The translations under genes were made by a program, and so were the position numbers. Under the pieces are notes generated by a model. The model was not told the DNA's origin. It worked only from the letters and a program-made list of their open reading frames with translations, and did not search any database. Positions 29,011 through 39,694 of a DNA stretch of 64,000 bases are shown here, piece by piece (the first letter of the stretch is position 1; every line of letters begins with the position of its first letter). Source of the DNA: Ruminiclostridium sp. (GTDB lineage Bacteria > Bacillota > Clostridia > Oscillospirales > Ruminococcaceae); NCBI GenBank assembly GCA_051882315.1, contig JBJERM010000122.1, forward strand, positions 2,501-66,500, written 5' to 3'.

Positions 29011-30402
29011 TTAATTCTTGCTTTCGGCGAGAACTATTTCAATATCAATGCTGTCAACGCCGTTTCTCTCGTTTACTCTTGCAACGGTGGCGGTGATTGT
29101 ATCGCCTACCTTCATCTTGCCGATAATGCTCTGAACGTCGGAAACGGTTGATACATTTGTTCCGTTGATTTTGGTGATTATATCTGAAATCTGGAGTCCG
29201 CTCTTAGCAACAGGGTCGTTTTCGTTTATTGCAGATACAAGAAGTCCCTGTGAAAGCTTTGTGCCGTAAAGCTGAGCACGGTATTCGTTAAGCTCAACGG
29301 TGGTTATGCCGAGAACGGGTCTGCTCTTGACGTAGCCGTAGCTTAAAAGGTCCTCCATAACAGGCTTTGCTTCATTTATCGTAATTGCGAAGCCAAGTCC
29401 CTCGTACTGGTCAACAATTATCTTGGAGCTTACAACGCCCACAACGTTTCCGTACATATCGAAAAGTCCGCCGCCGGAGTTACCGCTGTTGATTGCGGCG
29501 TCAATCTGGATAAGGCTTAATTCATAGCCTTCAGACAAGCAAACTCTGTCAAGTCCCGAAACGATACCCTTTGTCATTGTGTGCTTGAACAGTACGTTTG
29601 AGGTTACGCCTGGGTTGCCGATTGCACATACCTCCTGACCTACGGAAAGATTGCTGCTGTCGCCCAGCTTTGCCGCAATAAAGGGCTCGTCACGCTCAAT
29701 TTTCAGTACCGCAATATCGGTGTCCTCGTCCGAGCCGATTACAGTAGCTTCGTACTCGTGGGTTGTGCCTGCGTCGTAGTAGTCGTTTACTTCAACTACA
29801 AACTTGACGTAGTTTGTTACAAGGTGGGCGTTTGTAAGGATATATCCGTCCTCTGTAAATACAATGCCGCTTCCGTAGCCTGCGAATATGGGTTCCTCGT
29901 CCTTCTTCTCGTATCTGCTGCCGTAGCCGAAGTAGGAGTCGTAGTAGTCGTTATAAATTGTGGACTGGTCGGCGTAAACCTTGATGAAAACAATTGTGTC
30001 GTTTACCGCCTGATAAAGCTCCTCAGAGGTATAGGTTCCGTTAGGACCCGTAGGGGTAACGTCGGAGGGGTAAATCTTTTCCGCACTTCCTTCCGAGTTG
30101 GAGGAAGAAATTGCATTAAGCGCTCCTGTAACATCGCCGCTGCCGCTGGGCGGGTCGATTTTCTCCTCTTTTTCGTTTGTGTAGGTAGCGGTAATGTTTG
30201 GCTTTTCGCTGCTTGTATTTATGAGATTACCTGCAAGAAGCGCTCCGCCGAAGCCTGCGCCGCCGCCAACGACTGCAACTGCCGCAACAAGTGCGATTAC
30301 GGTTTTTAACTTGCCGTTCTTTGTGCGGGGATTTTTTTCAGGCTCGGGAGTCTGCATGTTCTGCGTTCCCTGAGGCTCCTGTGTATAGAAATTCTGTTCC
30401 AT
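29011..30402 (-). CDS. htrA: HtrA/DegP serine protease with PDZ domain
   Basis: TM helix, GSGIV, LTNAH, TDIAVLK, DAAINSGNSGG, PDZ tail. Confidence 0.93.
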   Translation of the reverse strand: MEQNFYTQEPQGTQNMQTPEPEKNPRTKNGKLKTVIALVAAVAVVGGGAGFGGALLAGNLINTSSEKPNITATYTNEKEEKIDPPSGSGDVTGALNAISSSNSEGSAEKIYPSDVTPTGPNGTYTSEELYQAVNDTIVFIKVYADQSTIYNDYYDSYFGYGSRYEKKDEEPIFAGYGSGIVFTEDGYILTNAHLVTNYVKFVVEVNDYYDAGTTHEYEATVIGSDEDTDIAVLKIERDEPFIAAKLGDSSNLSVGQEVCAIGNPGVTSNVLFKHTMTKGIVSGLDRVCLSEGYELSLIQIDAAINSGNSGGGLFDMYGNVVGVVSSKIIVDQYEGLGFAITINEAKPVMEDLLSYGYVKSRPVLGITTVELNEYRAQLYGTKLSQGLLVSAINENDPVAKSGLQISDIITKINGTNVSTVSDVQSIIGKMKVGDTITATVARVNERNGVDSIDIEIVLAESKN

Positions 30403-30568
30403 AATCTATCATCCTTTCATGTCTGCTTATGTATGGCGCTTGCATCGTATTTTCCTTTGATGATTATATAATAAAGCCCGAATGTGATAAAAGCGTGATT
30501 ATTATTTTAATTTTGGAACATTTTTGGATAAATGAAACTTGCAGAAATGTGAAACGGCTGTGAAAAGC

Positions 30569-31978
30569 TTAATTCTCTTTTTGTGCAGTATCTTCTTCCC
30601 GCTCCTTAAGCTTTACTCCGAGGGCGATACCACATTCCACACGCTTTCTCATAAGCTGGCACTGGAGCTTGTTGGGAGTTCTTACGTCCCCCTCGTAGAT
30701 ATAGCCGGTAGCGTTGCAGCCGCCGGAGCAGTAGAATCTTGCCCAGCAGTCGGCGCAGTCCTTTTTGCTGTAAATGTGGGTTTTAGCGAAATAGTCGGCA
30801 ATTTCCTGATTAACCTTACCATTATATATATTGCCCATTTTCCAGTCATCAATACCAACAAACTGGTGACATGGGTAAATATCTCCATCTGGAGTTACCG
30901 CAACATACTCGTTTCCGCAGCCGCAGCCACGAAGCCGCTTGATTGCACAGGGTCCCTGCTGCAAATCAATCATATAGTGGAAGAAGTTGAAGGGCTTTTT
31001 GCCTGTCTTTTCAACGCTTTCCGCCATAATGTCGTAAAGGCGGTCGTAGCCTGCAAAAATTTCGGGCAAATCCTTTTCGGTAATAGCGTAGTCCTCTGTT
31101 TCGGGGGCAGTTACAGGCTCAACGGAAAGCTGGTCGAAGCCGAGGGAAGCTATGTGCAGAACGTCCTCCACAAAATCAAGGTTGTACTTTGTGAATGTAC
31201 CGCGGACGTAGTAATCTGTTCTGCCGGGTTTTGTCCTGCCCTCTACAAGCTTTTTGAACTTAGGTACGATTATATCGTAGCAGCCCTTGTTGTTGGGAGT
31301 TATTCTGATATTGTCGTTTACTTCCTTCCGACCGTCAAGGGAGAGAACGCAGTTGGTCATCTCGTTATTGATATACTCGATTTTCTCGTCGTCCAGCAGC
31401 AGACCGTTGGTGGTAATAGTAAAGCGGAAGTTCTTTCCGTGCTGCTTTTCAACGCTTCTTGCGTAGTCAACGGTAGCCTTTACCGTGTCCCACGCCATAA
31501 GCGGCTCGCCGCCGAAGAAGTCAAGCTCAAGATTCTGCCGTCCTGCGGACTTTTCGATAAGGAAATCTATTGCCTTTCTGCCTGTTTCGGGGGTCATAAT
31601 CTTCCTGCCCGTACCGAAATCTCCCGTTTCCGCAAAGCAGTACTTGCAGCGCAGGTTGCAGTCGTGGGAAACGTGAAGGCACATAGCCTTAATCGGCGCT
31701 TTCACCGACATTTCCGCATATTTTCTGTATTCGTCCGCGCTGAAAAGCACCTGCTCCTTATAAAGCCCGTAAATTTCAGCGTAACATTCCTTAAGCTCCT
31801 CCTCGGAGTAGCCGGAAAGCTTTTCCTTTATATCTTCGGGCATTTCCTCCGATAGGGGAGGGGTAAGCAGCCCGGTCATATCGTAGACTATCTTATCAAC
31901 GGAGTACACTCCACCGCTGTTTATGTCAAGAATTATATAGTCCTCACCCTGTTTGAATCTATGTATTAAAGAACCCAT
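30569..31978 (-). CDS. scfB: SCIFF (ranthipeptide) radical SAM/SPASM maturase
   Basis: CNLRCKYC, FFGGEP, CGCGNEY, YPCHQF, CADCWARFYCSGGC; adjacent to the SCIFF peptide. Confidence 0.95.
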   Translation of the reverse strand: MGSLIHRFKQGEDYIILDINSGGVYSVDKIVYDMTGLLTPPLSEEMPEDIKEKLSGYSEEELKECYAEIYGLYKEQVLFSADEYRKYAEMSVKAPIKAMCLHVSHDCNLRCKYCFAETGDFGTGRKIMTPETGRKAIDFLIEKSAGRQNLELDFFGGEPLMAWDTVKATVDYARSVEKQHGKNFRFTITTNGLLLDDEKIEYINNEMTNCVLSLDGRKEVNDNIRITPNNKGCYDIIVPKFKKLVEGRTKPGRTDYYVRGTFTKYNLDFVEDVLHIASLGFDQLSVEPVTAPETEDYAITEKDLPEIFAGYDRLYDIMAESVEKTGKKPFNFFHYMIDLQQGPCAIKRLRGCGCGNEYVAVTPDGDIYPCHQFVGIDDWKMGNIYNGKVNQEIADYFAKTHIYSKKDCADCWARFYCSGGCNATGYIYEGDVRTPNKLQCQLMRKRVECGIALGVKLKEREEDTAQKEN

Positions 31979-32094
31979 TGTTCACCGTTCCTTTTCATGC
32001 TTTTCTTACTTTTCTTTTCAAAAATACAGGGCAGTCAAGCCGTAAGGTATAACCCTGCGGTTTGCCGCCCGTTTCTGCGTCTGAATGTTCCTGA

Positions 32095-32238
32095 TTACTT
32101 GTTAGCTTCGCACTGCTGGTTAGCGATTGTGCAGGAAGTCTTGCAAGCAGACTGGCAGGAAGTCTGGCACTTGCCGCAGCCGCCCTTAACAGCGGATTCC
32201 TTTAAGTTAGCCTTGTTTATTGTCTTGATGTGCTTCAT
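32095..32238 (-). CDS. scfA: Six-cysteine SCIFF precursor peptide (47 aa; missed by the ORF track)
   Basis: Manual translation MKHIKTINKANLKESAVKGGCGKCQTSCQSACKTSCTIANQQCEANK; SD GGAGG upstream. Confidence 0.96.
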   Translation of the reverse strand: MKHIKTINKANLKESAVKGGCGKCQTSCQSACKTSCTIANQQCEANK

Positions 32239-32322
32239 ATAGCATACCTCCAAATAAATTTACTAAGATACAGTATAGCATATATTTTCGGAAAATGCAA
32301 TACCCGAAAGAAAAAATAGCTG

Positions 32323-34332
32323 TTATTCCTTAAGTGCGGCAAGAATTTTGGATTTTGAAAGGTCCGCCTTTGTCGCCGCAGGAATAAGTTTTACGAAATC
32401 CTTAGATAAATCCGTTTCCGCAAGCCCGAATTCGCAGAGAACGTCAACTATTATCCTGAACTTGCAGCAGTTAAGCCCCGCCTTGTGGGCGAGCAGCTCG
32501 GCTTTCGAGAGGATTGTTGTGGTTTTAAGAATATCGTAGCCCTGCTTCATATCCTTGTTGTCCGGCGCCATACGGCAAAGCAGCTTTTTGTCCACCCTGC
32601 CGCAGCGGTAGTCCTCGTAGGCGGTTTTTGCTGCAAAGAAGCGCTCCTGCTTGAAGCCTGCGGGACGGACATCATGTACCCTTACGCTTATTTTCCTGCT
32701 TCCGCCGAACTCGTTTATTTCGAGAGAGGCGAGAATATCCGTCATATCCCCATCGGAAAAGGGAAATGCGTCAAAGGTTGAGCCGAAGAAAACAGCACGG
32801 TATTCGCTGCCGCCGAAGTCGAAGCCGAAGGAGATATATTTTCCCTCCTTAAGCTTTTTCTTTGACTTTATAAGGCAGTTCTGAAGCAGAAAGGCAGGCT
32901 GTCTGTTTCCCTCGCCGAAGGGCTCAAGCCTTTCGATAAGCTCAACGTTGGCAACAGTCAGCTCAGCGGGAGTAACAACTGCGTCTGCATAAAGGGTTTC
33001 GGAAACGGACTGCTTGATATTTTTGTCGCAGTAGTCGTAAGCCGCTTCTGTAAACTCAGCAAGCTTGTCGGGGGAAAGGGTAAGTCCCGCAGCTTTTTTA
33101 TGGCCGCCAAAGCGCACAAGCTTATCGGAGCAGGCGCAAAGCAGGTCGTAAAGGGAAAGTCCCTCTGCGCTTCTTGCGCTTCCACGACATTCCCCGTTTT
33201 CGTTGGAAATGACGATATTCGGCTTTCCGTACTTGTGGAGCAGCTTTGTGCTTGTAAGCCCGATAATGCCGTGCTGCCAGCCCTCGCCTGATACTATAAG
33301 TATTCTTTTGTTCAGTAAGTCCGGATTGCTTCTTATTTTTTCGTCTGCGGCTGCAACAATTTCGTTTTCAATCCGCTGCCGCTCTGCATTAATCTCCGAA
33401 AGCTCCCTTGCCTTTGCGGCGGCGGAGTTCATATCGGGGCAGAGCAAAAGCTCCATAGCGATTTTCGGGGATTTGCAGCGGCCTGCCGCATTAATTCTCG
33501 GGCAGATAGAAAAGGCGATAAAGGTAGAGGTTATTTCATCATCTTCCGCAGCTCCGCTTTGCCGCAGAAGCTGCAAAAGACCGTAGTTCTCTGTGCGGTT
33601 CATATATTCCAGACCCTTGCGGACAATTATCCTGTTTTCCCCCTCAAGGGAAACAATATCGCCGATTGTGCCTACTGCCGCAATATCGGCGTATTGCATA
33701 AGAATACTGTCGCTGTCCCCTTCAAGCGCCATTATAAGCTTAAGGGCAACTCCGCAGCCTGCAAGCAGCTTGAAATCCGAGGTGTCCTCGGGGCGGTGCA
33801 GGTCGATAACCGCCTCCGCTTCGGGGAGAATTTCGGGAACCTGATGGTGGTCGGTTATAACAAGCCTCATACCAAGCTCGTATATCCGCTTTGCCTCGTT
33901 TACGGCGGAAATTCCGTTGTCAACGGTTATTATCAGAGAAACTCCCTGTACGTGAAGCTTTTCTATTGCAGGAATATTAAGCCCGTAGCCCTCGCTTCTT
34001 TCGGGTATGTACCAGCAGACCTCTGCTCCGAGAGCCTCAAGGTAGCTGAAAAGCATATAGGTTGCGGTTATTCCGTCGCAGTCGTAGTCGCCGTAAACTG
34101 CGATTTTCTCCCCGTCCTGAACTGCCGCCGAAATAACGTTTACCGCCTTGTCCATATCAAGAATATCAAAGGGGTCGGAAAGCTCCTCGCTGTTAAAGAA
34201 AGCGTCTGCCTCCTCACGGGAGGTTATGCCCCTTGAAGCAAGGATTTTACATATAAATGGGTTAAGCCCTGTGCTGTTTTCAAGGCTTTTTGTAATCTGC
34301 GGGTCGGGACTGTTTATCTGCCAGTTTTTCAT
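32323..34332 (-). CDS. recJ: ssDNA-specific exonuclease RecJ
   Basis: YGDYDCDG, ITVDNG, ITDHH, RINAAGR, RFGGHKKAAG. Confidence 0.96.
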   Translation of the reverse strand: MKNWQINSPDPQITKSLENSTGLNPFICKILASRGITSREEADAFFNSEELSDPFDILDMDKAVNVISAAVQDGEKIAVYGDYDCDGITATYMLFSYLEALGAEVCWYIPERSEGYGLNIPAIEKLHVQGVSLIITVDNGISAVNEAKRIYELGMRLVITDHHQVPEILPEAEAVIDLHRPEDTSDFKLLAGCGVALKLIMALEGDSDSILMQYADIAAVGTIGDIVSLEGENRIIVRKGLEYMNRTENYGLLQLLRQSGAAEDDEITSTFIAFSICPRINAAGRCKSPKIAMELLLCPDMNSAAAKARELSEINAERQRIENEIVAAADEKIRSNPDLLNKRILIVSGEGWQHGIIGLTSTKLLHKYGKPNIVISNENGECRGSARSAEGLSLYDLLCACSDKLVRFGGHKKAAGLTLSPDKLAEFTEAAYDYCDKNIKQSVSETLYADAVVTPAELTVANVELIERLEPFGEGNRQPAFLLQNCLIKSKKKLKEGKYISFGFDFGGSEYRAVFFGSTFDAFPFSDGDMTDILASLEINEFGGSRKISVRVHDVRPAGFKQERFFAAKTAYEDYRCGRVDKKLLCRMAPDNKDMKQGYDILKTTTILSKAELLAHKAGLNCCKFRIIVDVLCEFGLAETDLSKDFVKLIPAATKADLSKSKILAALKE

Positions 34333-34473
34333 TTTATCATTCTTTCGTTTTTAATAATATATAGTATAGCACGTTACGGAAGAAAAAACAAGCTTTCAAT
34401 TTTCTCTTTTTGAAGGCGGATTGTATTATTGCCGAATAAATCAAAAGTAAATTCCTTGTTTTTGTGCAGGATA

Positions 34474-34502
34474 TTGACAAATTCTCCCTTATGCTGTATA
34501 AT
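34474..34502 (+). promoter_or_regulatory. Sigma-A promoter
   Basis: TTGACA (34474-79), 17 bp, TATAAT (34497-502). Confidence 0.75.
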
Positions 34503-34565
34503 GTACTTTAACACAAAAAAGTCTAAAAGCTTTAAAGTTTTAGTGGGATGAAAAGGAGTTTGGAA

Positions 34566-36143
34566 ATGGTACTTATAGCGGCAATACTTATAGTGTACGT
34601 CCTTATGGCAATCGGTATAGGCGTATACTGCAACAGAAAATCAAAAACGGTAAGCGATTTCGTTCTTGGCGGCAGAACGGTTGGTCCCTGGATAACCGCC
34701 TTCGCTTACGGCACAAGCTACTTCTCTGCGGTTATCTTCGTTGGCTACGCAGGACAGTTCGGCTGGAACTTCGGCGTTGCTTCCACCTGGGTAGGTCTTG
34801 GAAACTGCTTTATCGGCTCTCTTATGGCGTGGGCTCTTATGGGTCGCCGCACAAGGGTTATGTCCAAGCACCTTGAAAGCGCAACAATGCCCGAATTTTT
34901 CGAGAAGCGCTATATGAGCAAGAACCTTAAAATTGCTGCTGCGGTTATTGTGTTTTTGTTCCTTATCCCCTATACCGCATCGGTTTATAACGGTCTTTCC
35001 CGCCTTTTCGGTATGGTGTTCCAGGTTGACTACTCTGTCTGCGTAATCGGTATGGCGGTTATTACGGCGGTATACGTTATACTCGGCGGCTATAAGGCTA
35101 CCGCTTATAACGATTTTGTGCAGGGACTTATAATGCTCGTGGGAATTGCGGCTGTCGTTATCGCAACCCTTAACAGCAGAGGCGGCTTCTACGAGGCATT
35201 CCGACAGCTCTCCGAAATCGAATGTGCTTCCGGACCTCTGGCAGGTATGCAAGGCGCATATTCCAGCTTCTTCGGTCCCGACCCGATAAACCTGTTAGGC
35301 GTTGTAATACTTACCTCCCTCGGTACATGGGGACTGCCCCAGATGGTTACAAAGTTTTACACAATAAAGGACGAGCGTTCCATAAAGTCGGGAACTGTTG
35401 TTTCTACTTTTTTTGCATTCGTGGTTGCAGGCGGCTGCTACTTCCTTGGCGGCTTCGGTCGTCTTTTTGTGGAGATGGGCGCAGACGGCAAGCCTGTTGA
35501 AGGCTACGACTCGGTTATCCCTGCTATGCTTGAAAGCCTCCCCGACCTGCTGATAGGAATAGTAGTGGTACTGGTGCTTTCCGCCTCAATGTCCACACTT
35601 TCCTCACTTGTACTTACCTCAAGCTCATCAATAACTCTCGACCTTATCAAGCCCTTTGTGTTCAAGAACAAGCTTGAAGAAAAGAAATCCCTTGTTATAA
35701 TGAGAGTTTTTATCGGCATATTCCTTTTAGTTTCGGTTATTATCGCTCTTAACAAGAACGCTCTTATAACCGACCTTATGGGCTATTCATGGGGCGCTCT
35801 TGCAGGGGCGTTCTTAGCTCCGTTCCTGTACGGCCTGTTCTGGAAGGGGGTTACAAAGGCGGCGGTTTATGTAAGCTTCGCTTTCGGCGTTGGTATTTCC
35901 GTTCTCCACCTTATCTTGAAGTCCTGCGGTATGCTTTCGGGTACAATCCTCGGCTTCAACGTTGCTTCTCCTGTAAATTTAGGTGCATTTGCAATGGTGG
36001 CTTCTCTTATCATAGTGCCTCTTGTAAGCCTTATTACGCCTAAGCTTAAAAAGGCTGATATTGACGGTATTTTCAGCTGCTACGACAAGAAGGTAAGCGT
36101 TCACCAGTCGGAAGCAATCACTTCTGCGGAAGAAACTGTGTAA
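34566..36143 (+). CDS. Sodium:solute symporter (SSS/PutP family)
   Basis: DFVLGGR, SAVIFVGYAG, LGGYKATAYNDFVQG, LSASMST; many TM segments. Confidence 0.92.
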   Translation: MVLIAAILIVYVLMAIGIGVYCNRKSKTVSDFVLGGRTVGPWITAFAYGTSYFSAVIFVGYAGQFGWNFGVASTWVGLGNCFIGSLMAWALMGRRTRVMSKHLESATMPEFFEKRYMSKNLKIAAAVIVFLFLIPYTASVYNGLSRLFGMVFQVDYSVCVIGMAVITAVYVILGGYKATAYNDFVQGLIMLVGIAAVVIATLNSRGGFYEAFRQLSEIECASGPLAGMQGAYSSFFGPDPINLLGVVILTSLGTWGLPQMVTKFYTIKDERSIKSGTVVSTFFAFVVAGGCYFLGGFGRLFVEMGADGKPVEGYDSVIPAMLESLPDLLIGIVVVLVLSASMSTLSSLVLTSSSSITLDLIKPFVFKNKLEEKKSLVIMRVFIGIFLLVSVIIALNKNALITDLMGYSWGALAGAFLAPFLYGLFWKGVTKAAVYVSFAFGVGISVLHLILKSCGMLSGTILGFNVASPVNLGAFAMVASLIIVPLVSLITPKLKKADIDGIFSCYDKKVSVHQSEAITSAEETV

Positions 36144-36251
36144 AAATGCACAAAATAGCATTTTAAGGTTGAAAAAAATATAAACTTATGATACAATAGG
36201 GATAGTCGTTTGACTATCCCATTTGTATATTTTGAAAGGAATATCGGAATT

Positions 36252-37577
36252 ATGTTTTACAACAAGGAAATGGAAACAATGCCCCGCAAGGAGCTTGAAA
36301 AGCTTCAGCTTGAGAAGCTTAAGAAGCTTGCGGTTTACTGCTATGAAAATGTAAAGCTTTATAAGGACAAGTTCGACGCTGTAAAGCTTGACCCATATAA
36401 AATAAAGACCTTAAGCGATATTCAGTATATCCCCTACACCACAAAGGCGGATTTCCGTGACAACTATCCATTCAATATGTTCGCCGTACCCATGAAGAAG
36501 ATTATAAGACTTCACGCTTCCTCCGGAACTACTGGCAAGCCCACGGTTGTAGGCTACACAAAGAACGACGTTGAGATGTGGAGCGAATGTATGGCAAGGC
36601 TTGTTATGGCGGCAGGCGCTACCGACGAGGATATTGTGCAGATTTGCTTCGGCTACGGTCTGTTTACGGGTGCGCTGGGACTGCACTACGGTCTTGAAAA
36701 GCTTGGAGCAACGGTTATACCCAGCTCCTCCGGCAATACCGAAAAGCAGGTTATGCTTATGAAGGACTTCGGTACAACAGCACTTGTTGCAACTCCCTCT
36801 TATGCACTAAGAATAGGCGAGGTTATTGAGGAAATGGGAATTGCTCCCGAGGACATAAAGCTTCGGCTCGGTCTTTTCGGCTCCGAGGGCTGCACTCCCG
36901 AAATGAGAGCGCAGATTGAAAGCAAGCTTCACCTTTTCGCTACCGACAACTATGGCATGAGCGAGCTTATAGGCCCCGGAGTTTCAGGCGAATGTACCGA
37001 GCGGTGCGGTATGCATTTCTGCGAGGACCACTTCCTGCCCGAAATAATAAACCCCGAAACAGGCGAGGTTCTCCCCGAGGGGGAAAACGGCGAGCTTGTT
37101 ATTACGACCCTCAGCAAGGAGGCGCTGCCCGTACTGCGCTACCGCACCCGCGACCTTACAAGCATTACATACGAGCCCTGCAAGTGCGGAAGAACAACGG
37201 CGAGAATGATGAAGCCTACGGGAAGAACGGACGATATGCTGAAAATCCGCGGCGTAAACGTATTCCCCTCACAAATTGAGAGCGTGCTTATGGTTATACC
37301 CGAAATTGCACCCTACTATCAGCTTGTTGTTGGCAGGGAAGGCTCGGCGGATACTCTTGAAGTCAGGGTTGAGATTGCGGACGCAGGACTGCTTGACAGC
37401 TACGCTAATCTTGAGGCGCTCCGGAAAAAGGTTAACCACAATCTTAAGACGGTGCTTGGTATCGACACAAAGGTTTCTCTTGTTGAGCCGAAGTCTATTG
37501 AGAGAACAGCGGGCAAGGCTAAGAGGATTATTGATAACAGACCAAAGGAAAGCGCAACATTTTCTGTTGCTAAGTAA
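36252..37577 (+). CDS. paaK: Phenylacetate-CoA ligase family (PaaK-like)
   Basis: HASSGTTGKP, YGMSELIGPG, RYRTRD, GRTDDMLKIRGVNVFP. Confidence 0.9.
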   Translation: MFYNKEMETMPRKELEKLQLEKLKKLAVYCYENVKLYKDKFDAVKLDPYKIKTLSDIQYIPYTTKADFRDNYPFNMFAVPMKKIIRLHASSGTTGKPTVVGYTKNDVEMWSECMARLVMAAGATDEDIVQICFGYGLFTGALGLHYGLEKLGATVIPSSSGNTEKQVMLMKDFGTTALVATPSYALRIGEVIEEMGIAPEDIKLRLGLFGSEGCTPEMRAQIESKLHLFATDNYGMSELIGPGVSGECTERCGMHFCEDHFLPEIINPETGEVLPEGENGELVITTLSKEALPVLRYRTRDLTSITYEPCKCGRTTARMMKPTGRTDDMLKIRGVNVFPSQIESVLMVIPEIAPYYQLVVGREGSADTLEVRVEIADAGLLDSYANLEALRKKVNHNLKTVLGIDTKVSLVEPKSIERTAGKAKRIIDNRPKESATFSVAK

Positions 37578-37592
37578 GGGGTATATACATAG

Positions 37593-37623
37593 AAAACCGA
37601 CGGAGCAAGTCCGTCGGTTTTTT
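37593..37623 (+). terminator. Intrinsic terminator
   Basis: AAAACCGACGG-AGCAAGT-CCGTCGGTTTT. Confidence 0.75.
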
Positions 37624-37644
37624 ATAATGTTTGTGTTTTTTGAG

Positions 37645-37740
37645 GAGGGTCAGTCTTGCGGCTGCCTTCGGCAGCCGCAAAATCGCCGCCGCATAAATGC
37701 GGCGGCGATTTTGTGCGCCCGCTTCAGCGGGCGCACGCTA
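37645..37740. repeat. Multi-hairpin repeat family C, copy C2
   Basis: GAGGGTCAG start, TTGCGGCTGCC-TTC-GGCAGCCGCAA, AATCGCCGCCGCA-TAAA-TGCGGCGGCGATT, GTGCGCCCGC-TTCA-GCGGGCGCAC. Confidence 0.8.
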
Positions 37741-37759
37741 TTGCTTGAAAAAACCGTTT

Positions 37760-39694
37760 TTAATCCAGCTCAAACGCCCCCGTATAAAGCTGATAATACT
37801 TGCCCTTTTGTGCAATCAGCTTCTCGTGGCTGCCCTTTTCTATAATCCTGCCCTGTTCAAGCACCATTATAACGTCCGAGTTCTGAACGGTGGAAAGCCT
37901 GTGGGCGATAACGAAAACCGTTCTGCCCTTCATAAGACTGTCCATACCCTTCTGTACAAGTGCCTCGGTTCGGGTATCAATGCTTGAGGTAGCCTCGTCA
38001 AGTATCATTACCGGCGGGTCCTCAACCGCAGCTCTTGCAATCGAAATAAGCTGCCGCTGACCCTGGGAAAGCTGAGCGCCGTTCTCGGTGAGCATTGTGT
38101 TGTAGCCATCGGGAAGTCTGCGGATAAAGTCGTCTGCGTTTGCAAGCCTTGCTGCTGCATAAACCTCCTCGTCCGTTGCATTAAGATTTCCGTAGCGGAT
38201 ATTCTCCATAACCGTTCCCGTAAACAGATTGATGTCCTGTAAAACAACGCCCAGAGAGCTTCTAAGGTCGGATTTCCTGATTTTGTTGATATTTATTCCG
38301 TCGTAGCGTATCTTTCCGTCTGCAATATCATAAAAACGGTTGATAAGGTTGGTAATCGTAGTCTTGCCTGCGCCGGTAGAGCCTACAAAGGCTACCTTCT
38401 GTCCGGGCTCTGCATAAAGGGAAATGTTGTGCAGTACGATTTTTTCCGGGTTGTAGCCAAAATCTACCTCGTTCATGGTTACGTTGCCCATAACCCTTGT
38501 GTAGGTAACGGTGCCGTCGCCGTGGGGGTGCTTCCACGCCCATACGCCTGTGTGCTCCTCGGTTTCGGTAAGAGTTCCGTCCTCGCCAAGTCTTGCATTT
38601 ACAAGAGTAACATATCCGCTGTCCTCCTCGTGCTTCTCGTCGATAAGGGCAAAGATACGCTTTGCGCCCGCAAGCGCCATAATAATGAAGTTAAGCTGCT
38701 GTGAAATCTGGTTTATGGGCATTGTGAAGTTCTTGGACAGCTGCAAGAACGCCGCAACTCCGCCTAAGGTAAGCCCGCCTACGCCGTAAACTGCAAGAAC
38801 GCCGCCGATGACCGCAATAAGCGCATACTGGAGATGTCCGAGGTTTCCGTTTACGGGTCCCATTATGTTTGCAAAGGTGTTGGCTTCTCTTGCGTTAACG
38901 CAAAGCTCATCGTTAATGCGGTCGAAGTCCTCCTTGGTCTTCTCCTCATGGCAGAAAACCTTGACAACCTTCTGACCGTTAATCATTTCCTCGATATAGC
39001 CGTTTACTTCCGCAATAGAATTCTGCTGAGCAACGAAGTATTTTCCGCTCTTTCCTGCAATCTTGCCCGAAATAAGCATCATAACCACAACGGAAACAAC
39101 AACGAAAATCGTAAGATAAATGCTTGTTGTGCACATGGCGATAAACACGGAAACGATTGTTATTACCGAGGAAAATGCCTGCGGAATACTCTGGGAAAGC
39201 ATCTGACGCAGAGTATCAATATCGTTTGTGTAGTGGCTCATTATGTCGCCGTGGGTGTGGGTGTCGAAATATTTTATGGGCAGGTACTGCATATTCTCGA
39301 ACATTTCGTCTCTTATGGACTTCTGAACGCCCTGAGAAATAGTAACCATTATGCGGTTATAGGCAAAGCCCGAAGCAATTCCCACAAGATATATAACTGC
39401 CATTATAGCAAGCACCTTTAAAAGGGGTGTAAAAACAGGGTTTGCAGTACCTATCATGGGAGTTATATAGTCGTCGATAAGGGTCTGTAAGAACAGGGAG
39501 CTTACAACGCCTGCAAGAGCGTTAAGGACAATGCACAGGAGCACAAGGAAGAACTGTAATTTATAGTCCTTGAAGATATAGGACAGCAGCCGCTTTATTG
39601 TTGCTCCGTCCGGCTTTCCCATAGGTCCCATAGCTCTCGGACCGCCGGGACCTCCCCGCTTTACCATTACGGCAGGCTTTTTTACTTCAGCCAT
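37760..39694 (-). CDS. ABC exporter, fused TMD-NBD half transporter
   Basis: GSTGAGKT, LSQGQRQ, ILDEATS. Confidence 0.93.
   Translation of the reverse strand: MAEVKKPAVMVKRGGPGGPRAMGPMGKPDGATIKRLLSYIFKDYKLQFFLVLLCIVLNALAGVVSSLFLQTLIDDYITPMIGTANPVFTPLLKVLAIMAVIYLVGIASGFAYNRIMVTISQGVQKSIRDEMFENMQYLPIKYFDTHTHGDIMSHYTNDIDTLRQMLSQSIPQAFSSVITIVSVFIAMCTTSIYLTIFVVVSVVVMMLISGKIAGKSGKYFVAQQNSIAEVNGYIEEMINGQKVVKVFCHEEKTKEDFDRINDELCVNAREANTFANIMGPVNGNLGHLQYALIAVIGGVLAVYGVGGLTLGGVAAFLQLSKNFTMPINQISQQLNFIIMALAGAKRIFALIDEKHEEDSGYVTLVNARLGEDGTLTETEEHTGVWAWKHPHGDGTVTYTRVMGNVTMNEVDFGYNPEKIVLHNISLYAEPGQKVAFVGSTGAGKTTITNLINRFYDIADGKIRYDGININKIRKSDLRSSLGVVLQDINLFTGTVMENIRYGNLNATDEEVYAAARLANADDFIRRLPDGYNTMLTENGAQLSQGQRQLISIARAAVEDPPVMILDEATSSIDTRTEALVQKGMDSLMKGRTVFVIAHRLSTVQNSDVIMVLEQGRIIEKGSHEKLIAQKGKYYQLYTGAFELD

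Noticed and set aside
30539-31855. 438-aa + strand ORF
   Set aside because: Antisense shadow of scfB caused by codon bias; no motifs. The same applies to the many other antisense ORFs inside housekeeping genes (e.g. 49862-50653, 44347-45135, 33559-34236).
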